A DNA stretch of 64,000 bases from Tubulanus polymorphus (Eukaryota; Animalia; Nemertea). The DNA lies in the NCBI RefSeq assembly GCF_964204645.1, contig NC_134031.1, positions 3,348,001-3,412,000 of the forward strand, in the 5' to 3' direction. Positions 38,314-50,951 of the stretch are shown here, one piece after another; the stretch's first letter is position 1, and each line of letters starts with the position of its first letter. The notes under the pieces are model-generated. The model did not search any database, was not told the origin of the DNA, and worked only from the letters and a program-made list of their open reading frames with translations. Both the position numbers and the translations under genes were made by a program.

Positions 38314-39529
38314 AAAACTAGAGGTCAAGGGAAACCATGCCCACTTGGAAAGTGGTTTCAAATGCTCAACAATCTAACAATTTTGATATTCAACGCCCCC
38401 TGGTGACCATATACAAAAACCAATGACCTTGAAACCCACCACAATCATAGAACATGTCAGCAGCTATGATTTTGTAATTGATTACCATAACAAAATATGC
38501 CTCGTTACCAATCTAATATGGGAATACTAAGTTGCTTTACAATTCAACGCCCCCTGGTGACCATATGCAAAACCCAATGACCTTGAAACTCACCACAATC
38601 ATAGAAAATGTCATGAATTACAACTTTGCAATTGATCATGGTAACAAAATATGCCTAGGTACCAATCTAATAAGGAAATACTAAGTTATTCTACTATTCA
38701 ATGCCCCCTGGTGACCATATAGAATAACTAATGTCCTTAGAACTCACCTCAATCATAGATGATGTCATGAGCTAGGCCTACAACTTTGCAATTGATTGTG
38801 GTTACAAAATATGCATAGGTACAAATATAATATAGAAATACTCAGCTATTGTATTATTCAACGCCCCCTAGCGGCCATACAAAAACCAACGACCTGGAAA
38901 CTCACCAATATCATAAAACACGTTATGGGCTACAACTTTCCAATTGGTTGTACTAACATAATATGCTTAGGTATCAATATAATGTGGAAAAACTTTTTCC
39001 CACCTATGAATGAGTACTGATGACACCAAGATGGCCGCCAATTGCGTCATAATTGGCTGATCAAGTATACCTGTCTCAGGTATAAAACATCCCTTTCCAA
39101 AGAATACCCGTCACAAATTGCAATGAGAAATGGCAGCTACAGGACCCAGAATTCCGGCCAAAATTGACATTTTTGTGCACTAAAAAGGTCATAGGACGGC
39201 CAAGTCATAGTCCGATCGACCCAATTTTTCTTAAGCTGACGGGTCCTTTGGGGTTCAAATATATACAAAAGATCAAGGTAATTGATCAAAGCGTCTTCAA
39301 AATTTCCCTCAAAAACTTCAAAAATTGTAAAAAGTGCTGATTTTGGCAAACAACAATGGCTGCCAGTCGGCCATCTTGATTCTGACAGGGCCAGGTTTTG
39401 GGCTGAAGATGTGTCTAGGGTAGATACATGAGTAACCCAAATATCAAGACATTACATTGAAGCGTAGACGGACGGACGAAAAGTGAACGCAATAGCCAGT
39501 TGGGACTAAAGTCCCAAATGGGCTAAAAA
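38314..39529 (+). mobile_element. Non-autonomous Helentron/HINE (DINE-1/pearl-type) element with internal ~154 bp tandem repeats
   Basis: Starts aaaactagagg. Core repeats (ttcaa(c/t)gccccct) at 38389, 38543, 38697, 38857. Short (GACG)n at ~39467, then 3' stem-loop tagcc..ttgggact-aa-agtcccaa..ggcta and an A run. Confidence 0.75.
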
Positions 39530-39900
39530 GGCAACTTCTACTGTTAACGATTTTTCGCTTCGCTAAGATGCATGAGAATCAGAAAAATTGACGGAAGTGT
39601 CTGGAAGTGATGATCTAATGTCATATATTATCTAAATATACATGTACACCACGGCTAACCACTTATACAGATTAATAAACTGTACGCACGCACGTCGACC
39701 ATGTTATACGCGTGTATTGGCATCAGGGGCGGTAATTAAAGCGCTACCGGTATATATCATAAGTCAAGAGAAGATACCTACGATATACGTATTAGATGAA
39801 TATGAGAGAAACCCCCGCGATAATCGAACCAAAGGTAAAAAGGTCTATATATTTTGAGCAACGTCATAAGTATGTCTGAGGACGTGCTCAAATATATATG

Positions 39901-39905
<5 letters not shown>

Positions 39906-39934
<29 letters not shown>

Positions 39935-40262
39935 TGTATGTATGTATGTATGTATGTATGTATGTATGTATGTATGTATGTATGTATGTATGTATGTATG
40001 TATGTATGTATGTATGTATGTATGTATGTATGTATGTATGTATGTATGTATGTATGTATGTATGTATGTATGTATGTATGTATGTATGTATGTATGTATG
40101 TATGTATGTATGTATGTATGTATGTATGTATGTATGTATGTATGTATGTATGTATGTATGTATGTATGTATGTATGTATGTATGTATGTATGTATGTATG
40201 TATGTATGTATGTATGTATGTATGTATGTATGTATGTATGTATGTATGTATGTATGTATGTA
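39906..40262. repeat. Perfect (TATG)n microsatellite, ~89 units
   Basis: Directly visible. It produces the spurious MYVC ORFs. Confidence 0.99.
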
Positions 40263-41559
40263 GGATAAAGGTGTTAATTCTAAGAGGGATATGGTTACAG
40301 ATATTTTAAGATATAGCTTAAGATATTTTCATCCCGTTTCACACTAAATCCCTAGCAGGTGAAAACAATAGCTGCTTATCAATACTTTTCATTAGCTCAT
40401 TCAGGATGTGGGTTTACTTTATATTAAGTTCGCTTAAGGCTTACCTCTTAGCCAAACAACCATATTACTTCATTTTCCACGATATAAGAGACAGATATCC
40501 TGTAATGATAAGAGATTTTACATACATTTAATAATATTCAAAAACGAGACAGTGCAAATTGTAATTCATTTATCTCAAAATAAGTCAATCGCACTGAGTG
40601 TTACTCCAGGCATTGCTAGCCTGTTCGGGGGTTCAGTTTTTTTTCTAAAAAGAACCATCGAACCCAAGAGACGATTGGGCCCGGGTAAAATTAGCCCGAA
40701 CCAGACCAGGTCCATAGGCCTACCGAATCAGAGAAAATAACATATTATCACTCACTCATTACTGAAAAGCCATCAAAATGCTGCTTTGGCAAGTGAGGAG
40801 AGTCACTTCCACAAACAGTATTTAGTATTCCGGCACATGAAATATTTTGACCTGTGCTAAAATTAACCAGTAAGTAGCACGTCACAGGCCCGGTGTTTTT
40901 GGTCAGGCTAAATTGACCCAACAGACACCTATTCGCACAATATCATTAAAAAAAAGGGTTGGTCCGAGTCAAATCGCACCCTGTGAATCAACGGAGTTGG
41001 CACAGGTCAAAAACGCTTGCGCCATCACAGCTTAGAAGCGCCATCTTCATCAGGATTAAAACCCAGAAAATATAACCGATTAACTACTTCACGATGCTTG
41101 CTGCCACTTTAGTGTGGTATGGGGCTTTCGATAAATTACACAATCATTCGTCAATTGTCCGGTTATTTTCTTTGACAATGACAGTACAATACATGGAGAT
41201 GAATTGTGGTGGTTAGAATCTAATTAGGTTCAACTAATTAATAATACATCAATTAGGCTAACAAAATCAAAATTAGTTTAAAAATGTAGCTTACCTCTAA
41301 ATCTTAACCGCCAGTCAAACTAGAATTTGGGATTAAGTCCGCTCTACTCTTAGGCTAGTCGACCATCCATCAGTCAAACCCTTGACACTAAATTCAATCA
41401 GTAAACTCGAACTGTCAATCTATTCCACTAAGAATAAGGCGTTTGTGATTTGTTTTGTTACTCTTTTTCGAGTAAATCCTGTCTTGTCTTATAGTCTGAT
41501 GTTGCTCTTGATTTCCGATCCGATGATTCTATTAAGGCTCCTGTATGTCTTGCCGTCTT

Positions 41560-42140
41560 TATCAAGCTGACGCGTTTGGATAACCGCTAAATATTCAAGG
41601 TTATGGTTATGAAGAAAAATCAAATGCGAGCGTAAATAGTAGCGAGAGGCAGCTCGCGTGTCACTGAGCGTGAGATGCCTGATTATATCGGACAAAATAC
41701 ATCATTACCAATCGCCCTAAATAATCTTATAAATTCTTTATTAGAATGAATAATCACAATTAAGCTCATAAAATATTCAAATTTAGTAGATTTTTGATTT
41801 AATCATAATTTAACGATTCTAACTTTAGACGGAACGACCGTTATTATTCCCCAATATTTATATCTTTAGACCTACAACCCAAGATGGCGGCCTCCGTCGG
41901 ATTCCATCGGACAAAATAAATTAATAAAAGGTGTGCAAAACATTCTTTATTTGAGAAGTGAATCGTAATACAACTTAACAAAATATCTATCTTTACAACT
42001 AAAGAATTAGTAAAATTTTAAATTCAAATTTATAGATGGAATGATAGTTGAAAAGGTTCACCTACGATATTGATATATTGGAGACCTACACGAACAATTC
42101 AATTCAATATTCGAGTTCAATAAAAAGATGGTGGCCTCCG
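41560..42140. promoter_or_regulatory. Candidate divergent promoter region per / NOL7-like
   Basis: YY1-type AAGATGGCGGC at 41881, near-copy AAGATGGTGGC at ~42125, CCAAT at ~41708. Minus-strand donor AG|gtaagc at 41294 and plus-strand donor G|gtaagt at ~42220. Confidence 0.45.
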
Positions 42141-42556
42141 TGTTTGCGGCATGAATCTCGTTATTTTTACTGTATTTCTGTATCTAGATAAATACATAGT
42201 GCCTCAATTTTTCTCAATTGGTAAGTGGGAAAATTCGGACGATGGCGATGGATTTATCAATTTCGACTGCCAGGCATCACATTTCATATAAGAAAACACC
42301 CCAAAATATTCAAAACAAAAAAGGTCCACCACACACGACCAGACCAGACGACGTCGACACGTCCACTCGACTAATCCACTTCCTTAGCATGATTATTCTA
42401 GACGCCATCGAAGGGAACCCAACCATCATCCGATATTCAGCGTAGGCCCCTATTCTCTAATATCTTCGGATAGAATCGCGTATTATTATAATGTTTGTAA
42501 TCTTTTTCAGACCGATCGACCTCTCTAGGCCCTACCGGATATAGCGCGGAGATATA

Positions 42557-45465
42557 ATGGACGAAGAATTAATCACCGATTTCGAAATATTCGAAAATGA
42601 AAAGGAGCCGAGTTCCGATGAAGAAGATGTTGAATCAATAGATGAGAATGAAGGTAAACATGATAGATAGATTATACCCCATAACTACAGGTTCATGACA
42701 CCCGGTACAGGTAGATTCTCTACCAGCGGTCCAAGATAAATCATAATAACAACATGGGCGCTCGTACATCCGAGACAGAGTTGTAGGTACTGTAAAAATG
42801 ATGATCTGTTAATCATGTGTTAAACAATTCATAAAGATTAATGAGGAATAGGCCTATGCTCTGAGAGGAAACATTGCTCGAGGGGCATGTTGAGAAAGTG
42901 ATTTCGCCAGGCTAATGGGAGGGGGGAACATTCCTTGAATTTTAATTGTAAAGGTTGATTGGGGCTGACATTTAAGGAGCCAATCAAAATTTGAGTGGGG
43001 GATACCAGCCTTGCGAACCAGCCAATCTGAGTACAGGGTGAACAAATCTCTAAACAAATATTTAGTGTTAGAGATCAAGGATTCAGGAACAGAGCGGCAC
43101 AACGTCGAGAAAAGATTAGAGATTCTCCAGGCTTCTAGCTTGATGAGATTTAATCGGAACAGTCAATCATGATTTTATTAGTGCATAATTTTCCAACCCA
43201 TGGAAGATGGGTATTTTGCTAGTATACTTAGAAAGCAGGGAATTATGCGGAGGAACTATTTAAATTGGGGTCATTCTGAGTCACGTGTAGAGTAATTACT
43301 ATAAGTACTAGTTGGTTCTTTGACTCTAGTCAGCCCCTCTCAACCTCCCCCTTACCTCTCTTACCCTCACCTCTCACTCATTCCTTTGTCTCAGATTTCA
43401 CTCCTCCCTCACTCCTTCCTCCGATTTCATCGGTCACTTACGGAATTATTTGTTATTTGACAGATGAGTTGTTAATCGATGAGAGCGATGATGACGATGA
43501 AGCACCCGAGGACATAACATTTCATCAAGGAAAAGAACAAGCTTTAGCTCAAATACAAGACGTTCTGTCTCAGATCAAGGGAGAAAAACGACGCGACAAA
43601 CTAAAAAAACGTCATCTTCACGAAAAATACACGGAACAGAAGGTACCGACTCTGTGGTTCAATTAAAATCGCCCGATTTCATCATTTTTGTGTCTATCGA
43701 AAAATAAACGTTTGCATTTTTCGCTTTGAATATTTCAGAAAGATAAATTGGACGCTTTGGCCAAGCGGAAACTTCCCGATGATTTCTTGGAAGATTTATC
43801 GGAGAAACCCGTCGTTAAATCTAAGAAGAAAGTTAAACAGCCGAAAGCGATCGAGGAAGATTTCAACGATGAAGATATCGATGCATTAATCGAAGGCAAG
43901 ATTTTAATAAGATGTCGTACTGAGGTTCAGAGCCTTGTTGAATTTACGTTTGATTTCCATTGATCTGATTGTCTCTGACAGCAATCACCCGAACGTGGCC
44001 AATACCCTGCTATATTGAGAATCGCACACTAATATTACAAAAGAGATGAAGTCCGAACATTTTCCTGTAAGCAAATAATTTACAGAGCTGATAATTTGAT
44101 AACTCAAAATTAGGGCAGTTTATATGGCGATAATGTTCATTAGTACATGTTTTCGGGGATTGGAGAATTAAAGTTGAGAGTTGATTTTGATTTCAATACT
44201 TTTATTGCAGATCTGGATGACGAAAAAAATGAGGACTTCATACCTTTGACCAAGTAAGTACTGGGAAGGAGAAACAATACATCAAAACTCATTGATCGCG
44301 TCTGCCCCGTAACTCAGTGTATAATCCACAAACAAAACTGTTTTGAAAATGGCTCATAGTTAACCCTTTCAGTGCGTCTACACCGCAGTGCGGTGTATAA
44401 ATCAGTGATGGATTTTGCTAGTACACCGCACTGCGGTGTATTGATGTAATTAGTAATTTGTAATTATCTCTATTGAAAAATGGCAGAAAGTTTCAAACAT
44501 AGTGAAATACTAGTAACTAACGATACACCGCACTGCGGTGTAGACGCACTATAGTGGTATTCCCATTGTTCAACACACTAGGGTGGAATTTTTTAGAATT
44601 TTCAAATTCTCTCCAGCATTATAGGGTATTAATTAGTCAGCACTGAAAGGGTTAAATTGAGTCGAAACATCAATACTCGCACAGTTTCTTTTTACCCTCT
44701 TGGGGCATAGCCTAAGCTTCTTCCTAATCGTTTGCCATTTTTCACTGAAATTCGTAATGGATATACTCTGGGAAGGGATCTTTATCAGACCTATGCATAT
44801 TTAGTAGCCACAATCAATAGTTGTGCAGTTGTAGACATGTGCAGTTGTCATGACATGTTCTATTACAGTGGTGAGTTTAAACGTTATCAATTAACAGGAT
44901 TTATTCGTTCATGAGGGAGTGTTTAAAATTGACAAGTTATGAGCTTTTCGCTGAGTTGGCATAGTGTCCCCTGGCCCCTAGTTTTTCTAATTTTGGATTT
45001 TTCGTCAATATGAAACATAGATAGGTAGTCACTTGTCTAGTGGAAACCAATATAGGATTATGGAATTTTCAAACATTTTCAAATCTTTCCTCCAGCAATT
45101 ATAAGGCAAGAAACTGTCAGCAGCTAAAGGGTTAATTCATAAATGGTAGGTCATCGCAACATAATTTCTGTTTCGTTATTTCTAGAGATGAACCAGTGAA
45201 GCCAATGGAGTTGAAAAAGGTTCAGAAAGTTTCGGCGGAAGATTTTAAAATGAAAATGATGTACGGCAAACACATCGAACGCGTCCCAACCGCGACGATG
45301 ATCAGGGAAAAATCGAAACGGCAATACTTGCTGCGCAACGCGAAGAAACCCAAAAACTCGCCGGTTCGATTAGTGACGGACATTCGGAAAAATGCGGTGA
45401 AATCCATCGCGAAACGATCGTCGAAAAAGGGAAGGAAAAAACCAAGGGGAAAATCGTTAACGTAG
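42557..45465 (+). CDS. NOL7: Nucleolar protein 7-like (NOL7/Utp16-type SSU processome factor); exons ~42557-42653, 43464-43642, 43739-43895, 44211-44253, 45186-45465
   Basis: Acidic N-terminus, DDDDEAPEDITF, charged helix ending EKYTEQK...KRKLPDDFLEDL (cf. NOL7 DDEAPEELTF...FIEQKKRKLLPD.ILE), Lys-rich C-terminus, AATAAA at 45482. Confidence 0.75.
44360..44655. mobile_element. piggyBac-type MITE (TTAA target); partial relatives at ~28780-29016, 9318-9348, 36055, 45060-45135
   Basis: ttaa|ccctttcagtgc ... gcactgaaaggg|ttaa. Three internal 19 bp palindromes TACACCGCA(G/C)TGCGGTGTA. Confidence 0.85.
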
Positions 45466-45957
45466 CGTTGTAGAATATATGAATAAAAATTGACATTTTC
45501 TATTAAATCTGTTTCTATGAATTAATTTCAGTCACCAAATGTTGTCAGTATTGATGGGACGCCTGACCCTGAGCGTGATAATCCTAGGGCTCATAGCATA
45601 GGTGGAGTCGTCTGTTGAACATCTTGGGTAGGCTACTGTCTTCGATACTCCAAAATACTGTGCTGGTGTAACATAAACAGGATTATTTTACATCTTGGCA
45701 GATTCTCTGAAACCTTGCGCGCATCATGAATTACAGAACATCAATTAATAAGCATCCCACTTGCTCCAATAACAGGATGGATCAGATCATTTGGATGGTA
45801 TGTTGGGCTCTGGATGATATACTTCAACAAAATACCAGCACCTATCTCCAAGAAGGATGGATTTTTCTTTGTAGGTAGTCGAAGTAGCTCAAACTAGCTC
45901 CGGAATTAGTTCCCGCAAAAATGAAGAAAAAAACAACTATATTATTAGATACAGGCG

Positions 45958-48900
45958 TTTATTGACTGGGAAGACAAAAAATACTAAAAAAAACTAAATA
46001 AAACACCAAAATCCTATTACGAGGGTACTTGTGTGTTCAGAATCTCCTAGCATCGTAATCTCGCCCGATAAATAACACCCACCTCCTAAATCTTATATCC
46101 TAGCAACGACTATTTAGTCAAGAAATTAGATTTTTAGCACATTAGTTGTCCTACTTTCAAGATATCTCGCAGTGACAGCAGTGGCTGAACCAAAACTACC
46201 GGATAATCTCAGCAGAAAGGCAGCAAACTAGACCTGATATTGTCCCTGCTGAATCAGCCCCTGCAACTGCTAGTGAATTTCTAGTAAATGTATCACTACA
46301 ATTAGATTCAGTGGAGGAATATAAGCACAGTTTCTGGCCATTGATCGTACAACTCCCTCAAATTCAAGTTACATGTACTTTTCTTTCTTAACCAATGCAA
46401 CTGTTATTACCCCTCAATAGTTCAGCAAATTTTACTTCTCAGGTAAGGTGGTGAAATATGTAAAACTGGGCGCAAAAGTTAGAATGGTATAAGATGCTAT
46501 TTTTTCTATTAAAAAAAGAACATTTTCTGTTCATCCCAATAAACGAGTCTGTATCTGCTTCAAATTGTGGCTGAAATTGAGCAGCAATTGAGTAATTTTA
46601 TCTTATTTTTTTGGGAAAACTTAACGGTAATTTTCTGTTAATAGTAGCGCGTAAGCACAGTCAGTATCATATCAATTATATATGGGTCAATGATAATCTA
46701 ATCTGATCCAACCCCCAGTTATCCGCCCTCCATTTATCCGCCACTCCTGGCAACTGCCAATAAAAAGCATGTTCCCGAATTAATGCTTTTAGCGTCAGAT
46801 TTTGCGCCTAATTCCATATCCGCCATCCTCTGCATAATTCTCAACAAATCTAATAATAATGGCGGATAACACGGAGTTGACTGTATCAAAATATTCTAAC
46901 ATATTTAAAAAATCTTTCCTAGGTTACTCGCGATAAATTGACTCGCAAAAATTGGCTCTCGTGAACCACGACGAGCAGCGATCACTTTTGAGCAACCGGC
47001 AAAAAAAATCAAAACGTACACAAGTACCCTTTCAAGAGAGGAATCAAGTTTAAACGATACTACAAATCAACTTACATCGAACATAAATCAGACAGTGTTC
47101 ATCAACTTACATCGAACAAAAATTGGACAGTGTTCATCGTAAAATCATCTGAACCACTTTTCATCGCATTTTTAAACACATACATGAAAATTACTCGACC
47201 GAATTTGATTAAAACACGTTTTTTTTTTCTTTACACAACAACATCGAATAAGACTTTTCATGTGAGTGCTCATTTGCAATAATCACGCGATCATCGCGCG
47301 GAGAAGTTACCTTCCCGAGGGAGAAAAACACAACGGCTCGTTAACGAAAAACCGCACGCGTGCATTCGAGTATACGCCTGTACCCTACGTATCACACACA
47401 ACCGGCATCATTCTGTTATTCACGTCTGAAAAGACTCGGACTTCAAGACAACAACACGATTCATCAATTTATTAATCCTTTTCGTTAAATATTCTTCGAA
47501 CAGACATCACTAGCGTGCAGATCTCCAATATGATAATTAAGACAGCGTTATTAACATTTTCATACACATACACGTACACGTATGTTCGTTAAATAGGTGC
47601 AAAACAGCCGAGAGTGGCCCCCGACATTTTGATTCCATTTTCATGAGAACGCGGTTTCCCCATTTTCAATCGACGCAATGTGCAAAAAGACAATAGGTAA
47701 ACCAACGATTATCAATTGAAGATTTTTCGTGCAGCTGGAAAATGATTTTCAAAAAATCATTTATGGTGCGAGTCATTATTTCTACGCACACTGATAGGTA
47801 GCATAGGTTAACTTCAGTTTTCATAGTAAGTCAGTCGAATATGTGAACTACCGTAATATTCTAACACTCTATAAACTTCGGTCTTACGCATTTCACCGCG
47901 TCTGAACTACAGCAACTGTGATCAATAATTCGGTTCCGGGGCGAATCTAGCAATCTATCTTTGGGCCCTAAAATTTTGTATTCACCTTTCTTGTCTTGAA
48001 ATGCCGAAATTCACTAAGACGGTAAGAATTCGGACCAACGCACAGCCTGCATTTCGAAAACAACCCCTTGTGTGGGCATATTCGTCATTAATCAACTTGC
48101 CCTCAGACTGTAGTTCAGACTCTTAACTGATTAACAGTTTCACTTCGCAGAATAGTCGACTAACAGCGACTAAACCAACACATATTTGCCTTAGCCGATA
48201 AATACATTAACACCAGATTCAGCGCGACAGCGTCACCTTACTAATCCTCAGTATCGGCGAAACTTTTACATAACATCCATTATCATTATCTCCCCAAGAC
48301 CCGCAATAATTGCTCGTCGTTATTTTTTGTACAAGATATACATCGATTTTATCGACTTCAGAAAAGAATTACATATAATATAATGATAATAGTAATAATA
48401 TATACCATCGATAGAAATTTTGCAGTTTGAAAAGTATGTGAAATCAGAGATGAAAATTTCACCTGCAATCCAGCACAATACAGCTCAAATAGTGTAATTC
48501 ATAATGAACTGTACATGTATTTGCTATTTACCGATACATATTCTACTGGGCCCACTTTCAGCCTGTTTTTAACTTTAACCCGGGGGCTAACTAGCGACCA
48601 GGTTAAAGATAATACCAGTCTTTAAAACTGGGCCCGGATATTATTAATTGGTCAGACAAATCAACCTGAAAAAATGTACATCTTCCACGGTCCAACACTT
48701 AACTAACAAGCATGCTTCATCCAGCCTACACCTCTTTGCAGAAAATTGTCACTTTCCGAATACCTGTAGCACGAATATTATATCGTCAGTCAATGAGAGT
48801 TTAGCTGCAAATTTCAGGAGGAAAGTTGAAATACCACCAGCCTGTTTGACTTCTAGAATACCGGACCGCTGTCGAGATGAATCATATAAAGGGACATTCG

Positions 48901-50906
48901 TGTCAACAATATCTAAATGGTTAATTTCAATCTAGAAGGTACATTAGTAAAGCCTTTTTTTTAAGTGACTTGGAGTGTGGATCCACCTCCCACAATACAC
49001 AATTTTTTATCTTAATCTTCGATCCAGAGATTTTCATTTCTCAGATCGGTTGAATTCAATCTTTCGATCCTTATCAATTCTTTTTTTGCAGTCCATCCAA
49101 GATCTTATGTGGAACGGATTCAAATAATAAACCTACATCTTTCCCTTCTGCCACAAAAATCTGACAGCGGTAAATAGCTAAGTCAAATTGAAACTACTAC
49201 AACGGTCAGCGGCGCACTCGAAGAAGTCAACATGTCACGAAAAAAAAAAACAACTCTAAAATTCGTTTACATCATTGTATACCGATATATCTATATTATA
49301 TATACATTATACAAGTATTCTAATATAATAATAATCATAATAATAATAATAATCATAATCATGATAAGGTGACTTTGTACAAATTCCAGTCGATGATCGA
49401 CAGCAAGGAAACATTATTTCGAAGGCTTATTTCGTGCTATTATAAAGCGACTACGCGTGCATTACAAACACATGTACACAACTACGATTACAAAATTTTC
49501 ATCCCGATCATATTTTCAATCGCCCTCGTGCTCCTCGTCTCACGGGAGTTACCATAATGGCGCCAAATTCCTAACATTCCGTCCGCCTTTTCTAAAATAT
49601 ATATATTCTTCAAAACGGAAAAACGAAGAAGAAATTGACGAATAAAATTCTAAAATTGATTTTCTAAACCGGATTAATTTTTTTCTCGATTAAGATCGCT
49701 TACCTAATTCAATCGTTGTGCGTCGATAGTTTATTAAAAATAGAAATAAAAATTTCCTAACAAAACGTATAAAATTACTAAAATAATCAAACCCTCATCG
49801 GAGGTGGAAAAATACCCGGTAAATTAAGATATTGTTCGTCTGATTCTGATTTACGATTCAATTCATGTATGTACTCGGTATTGAGAGGTTTTTAAAGGGG
49901 CGAAAACTCTCCGTGATTTTTAAATCCATCTTTCTGAAGATCAGCCTACCGTTTACCCTAGCATATGGAGAACACGGGTGAAGAATATTCATTTTTCAGC
50001 TTCGAGCAGATCATCGTCGCGTATCTACGGCCTCTATCTCGTTCGATCATAATATATAAGGTCGGGGTATAAATACAAGGTGCGTGCTGAACTATCTCTA
50101 CGCGAAAAACATTGAAAGCAACGATTACTCATTTCAGCGTCTTAAAATCATCGAATATTGTTTGATAGCTACGTCTACGCTCGTAACGCATCTACCCGAG
50201 TAACGCATCTACACGGATAAAATACTCTTAACCGAGTATTCCCCGACGATGACTGATAGAATATAGTCGAAATGTCGAATAAACTCAAGTAACACTTTCG
50301 GACTCATGATTGTGGGATTCTCTCTAGATCATCATTGGTTATGGGTTCAATGTGGAGTTAACCGCAAAATCTGTGTTCAAGAAACCGTCCTTGAAAGAGT
50401 TTACCGCATGCCACACAACACGACTGCATTTTAGGACTGTAAACGCGAGTTCAATGAAGACGTGTGTAGACGCTACTCGCTGTGAACGCAGGTTCTCGTG
50501 AAACCCGCACGCGTTCAATGAGATGCTCGTGTAGACGTAGCTTTATACTTCGGTAAACATTTAAACGCGACATGGAATAAAACGACAACGCTACGTAAAG
50601 GTCCCTGCATTTAACGTGCGCGTGAGGTGTCCCGAATAGGTCGACTCCCCGCGCTGTAAGGCGACAAGCTTAATAATAATAATAATCATAATAATGATAT
50701 TTTGATCTAGAGAAATTCACTAATATTCATATATATTTAAATAACTGTATATTTTTTAACGAATATTTAATCAACAATTTGAAACTCAACGAAAATAGGA
50801 GGATCTACGAACCGCGTCGCGCGGCGAAAAGAATCGTCAACTTCTGCGGAATTTAGGAAAGAATTTGTATAATGATAGAAACCCATCGAGTATAAAGCAC
50901 CAATAT

Positions 50907-50951
<45 letters not shown>

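Noticed and set aside
39854-40309. (MYVC)n ORFs in three frames
   Set aside because: Translation of a stop-free (TATG)n microsatellite.
40845-41012. Cluster of AGGTCA nuclear-receptor half-sites (ROREs) upstream of per
   Set aside because: The two best sites are the arms of an inverted repeat (ttttgacctgtgc / gcacaggtcaaaa), probably MITE ends, and lack the AT-rich 5' extension of a RORE.
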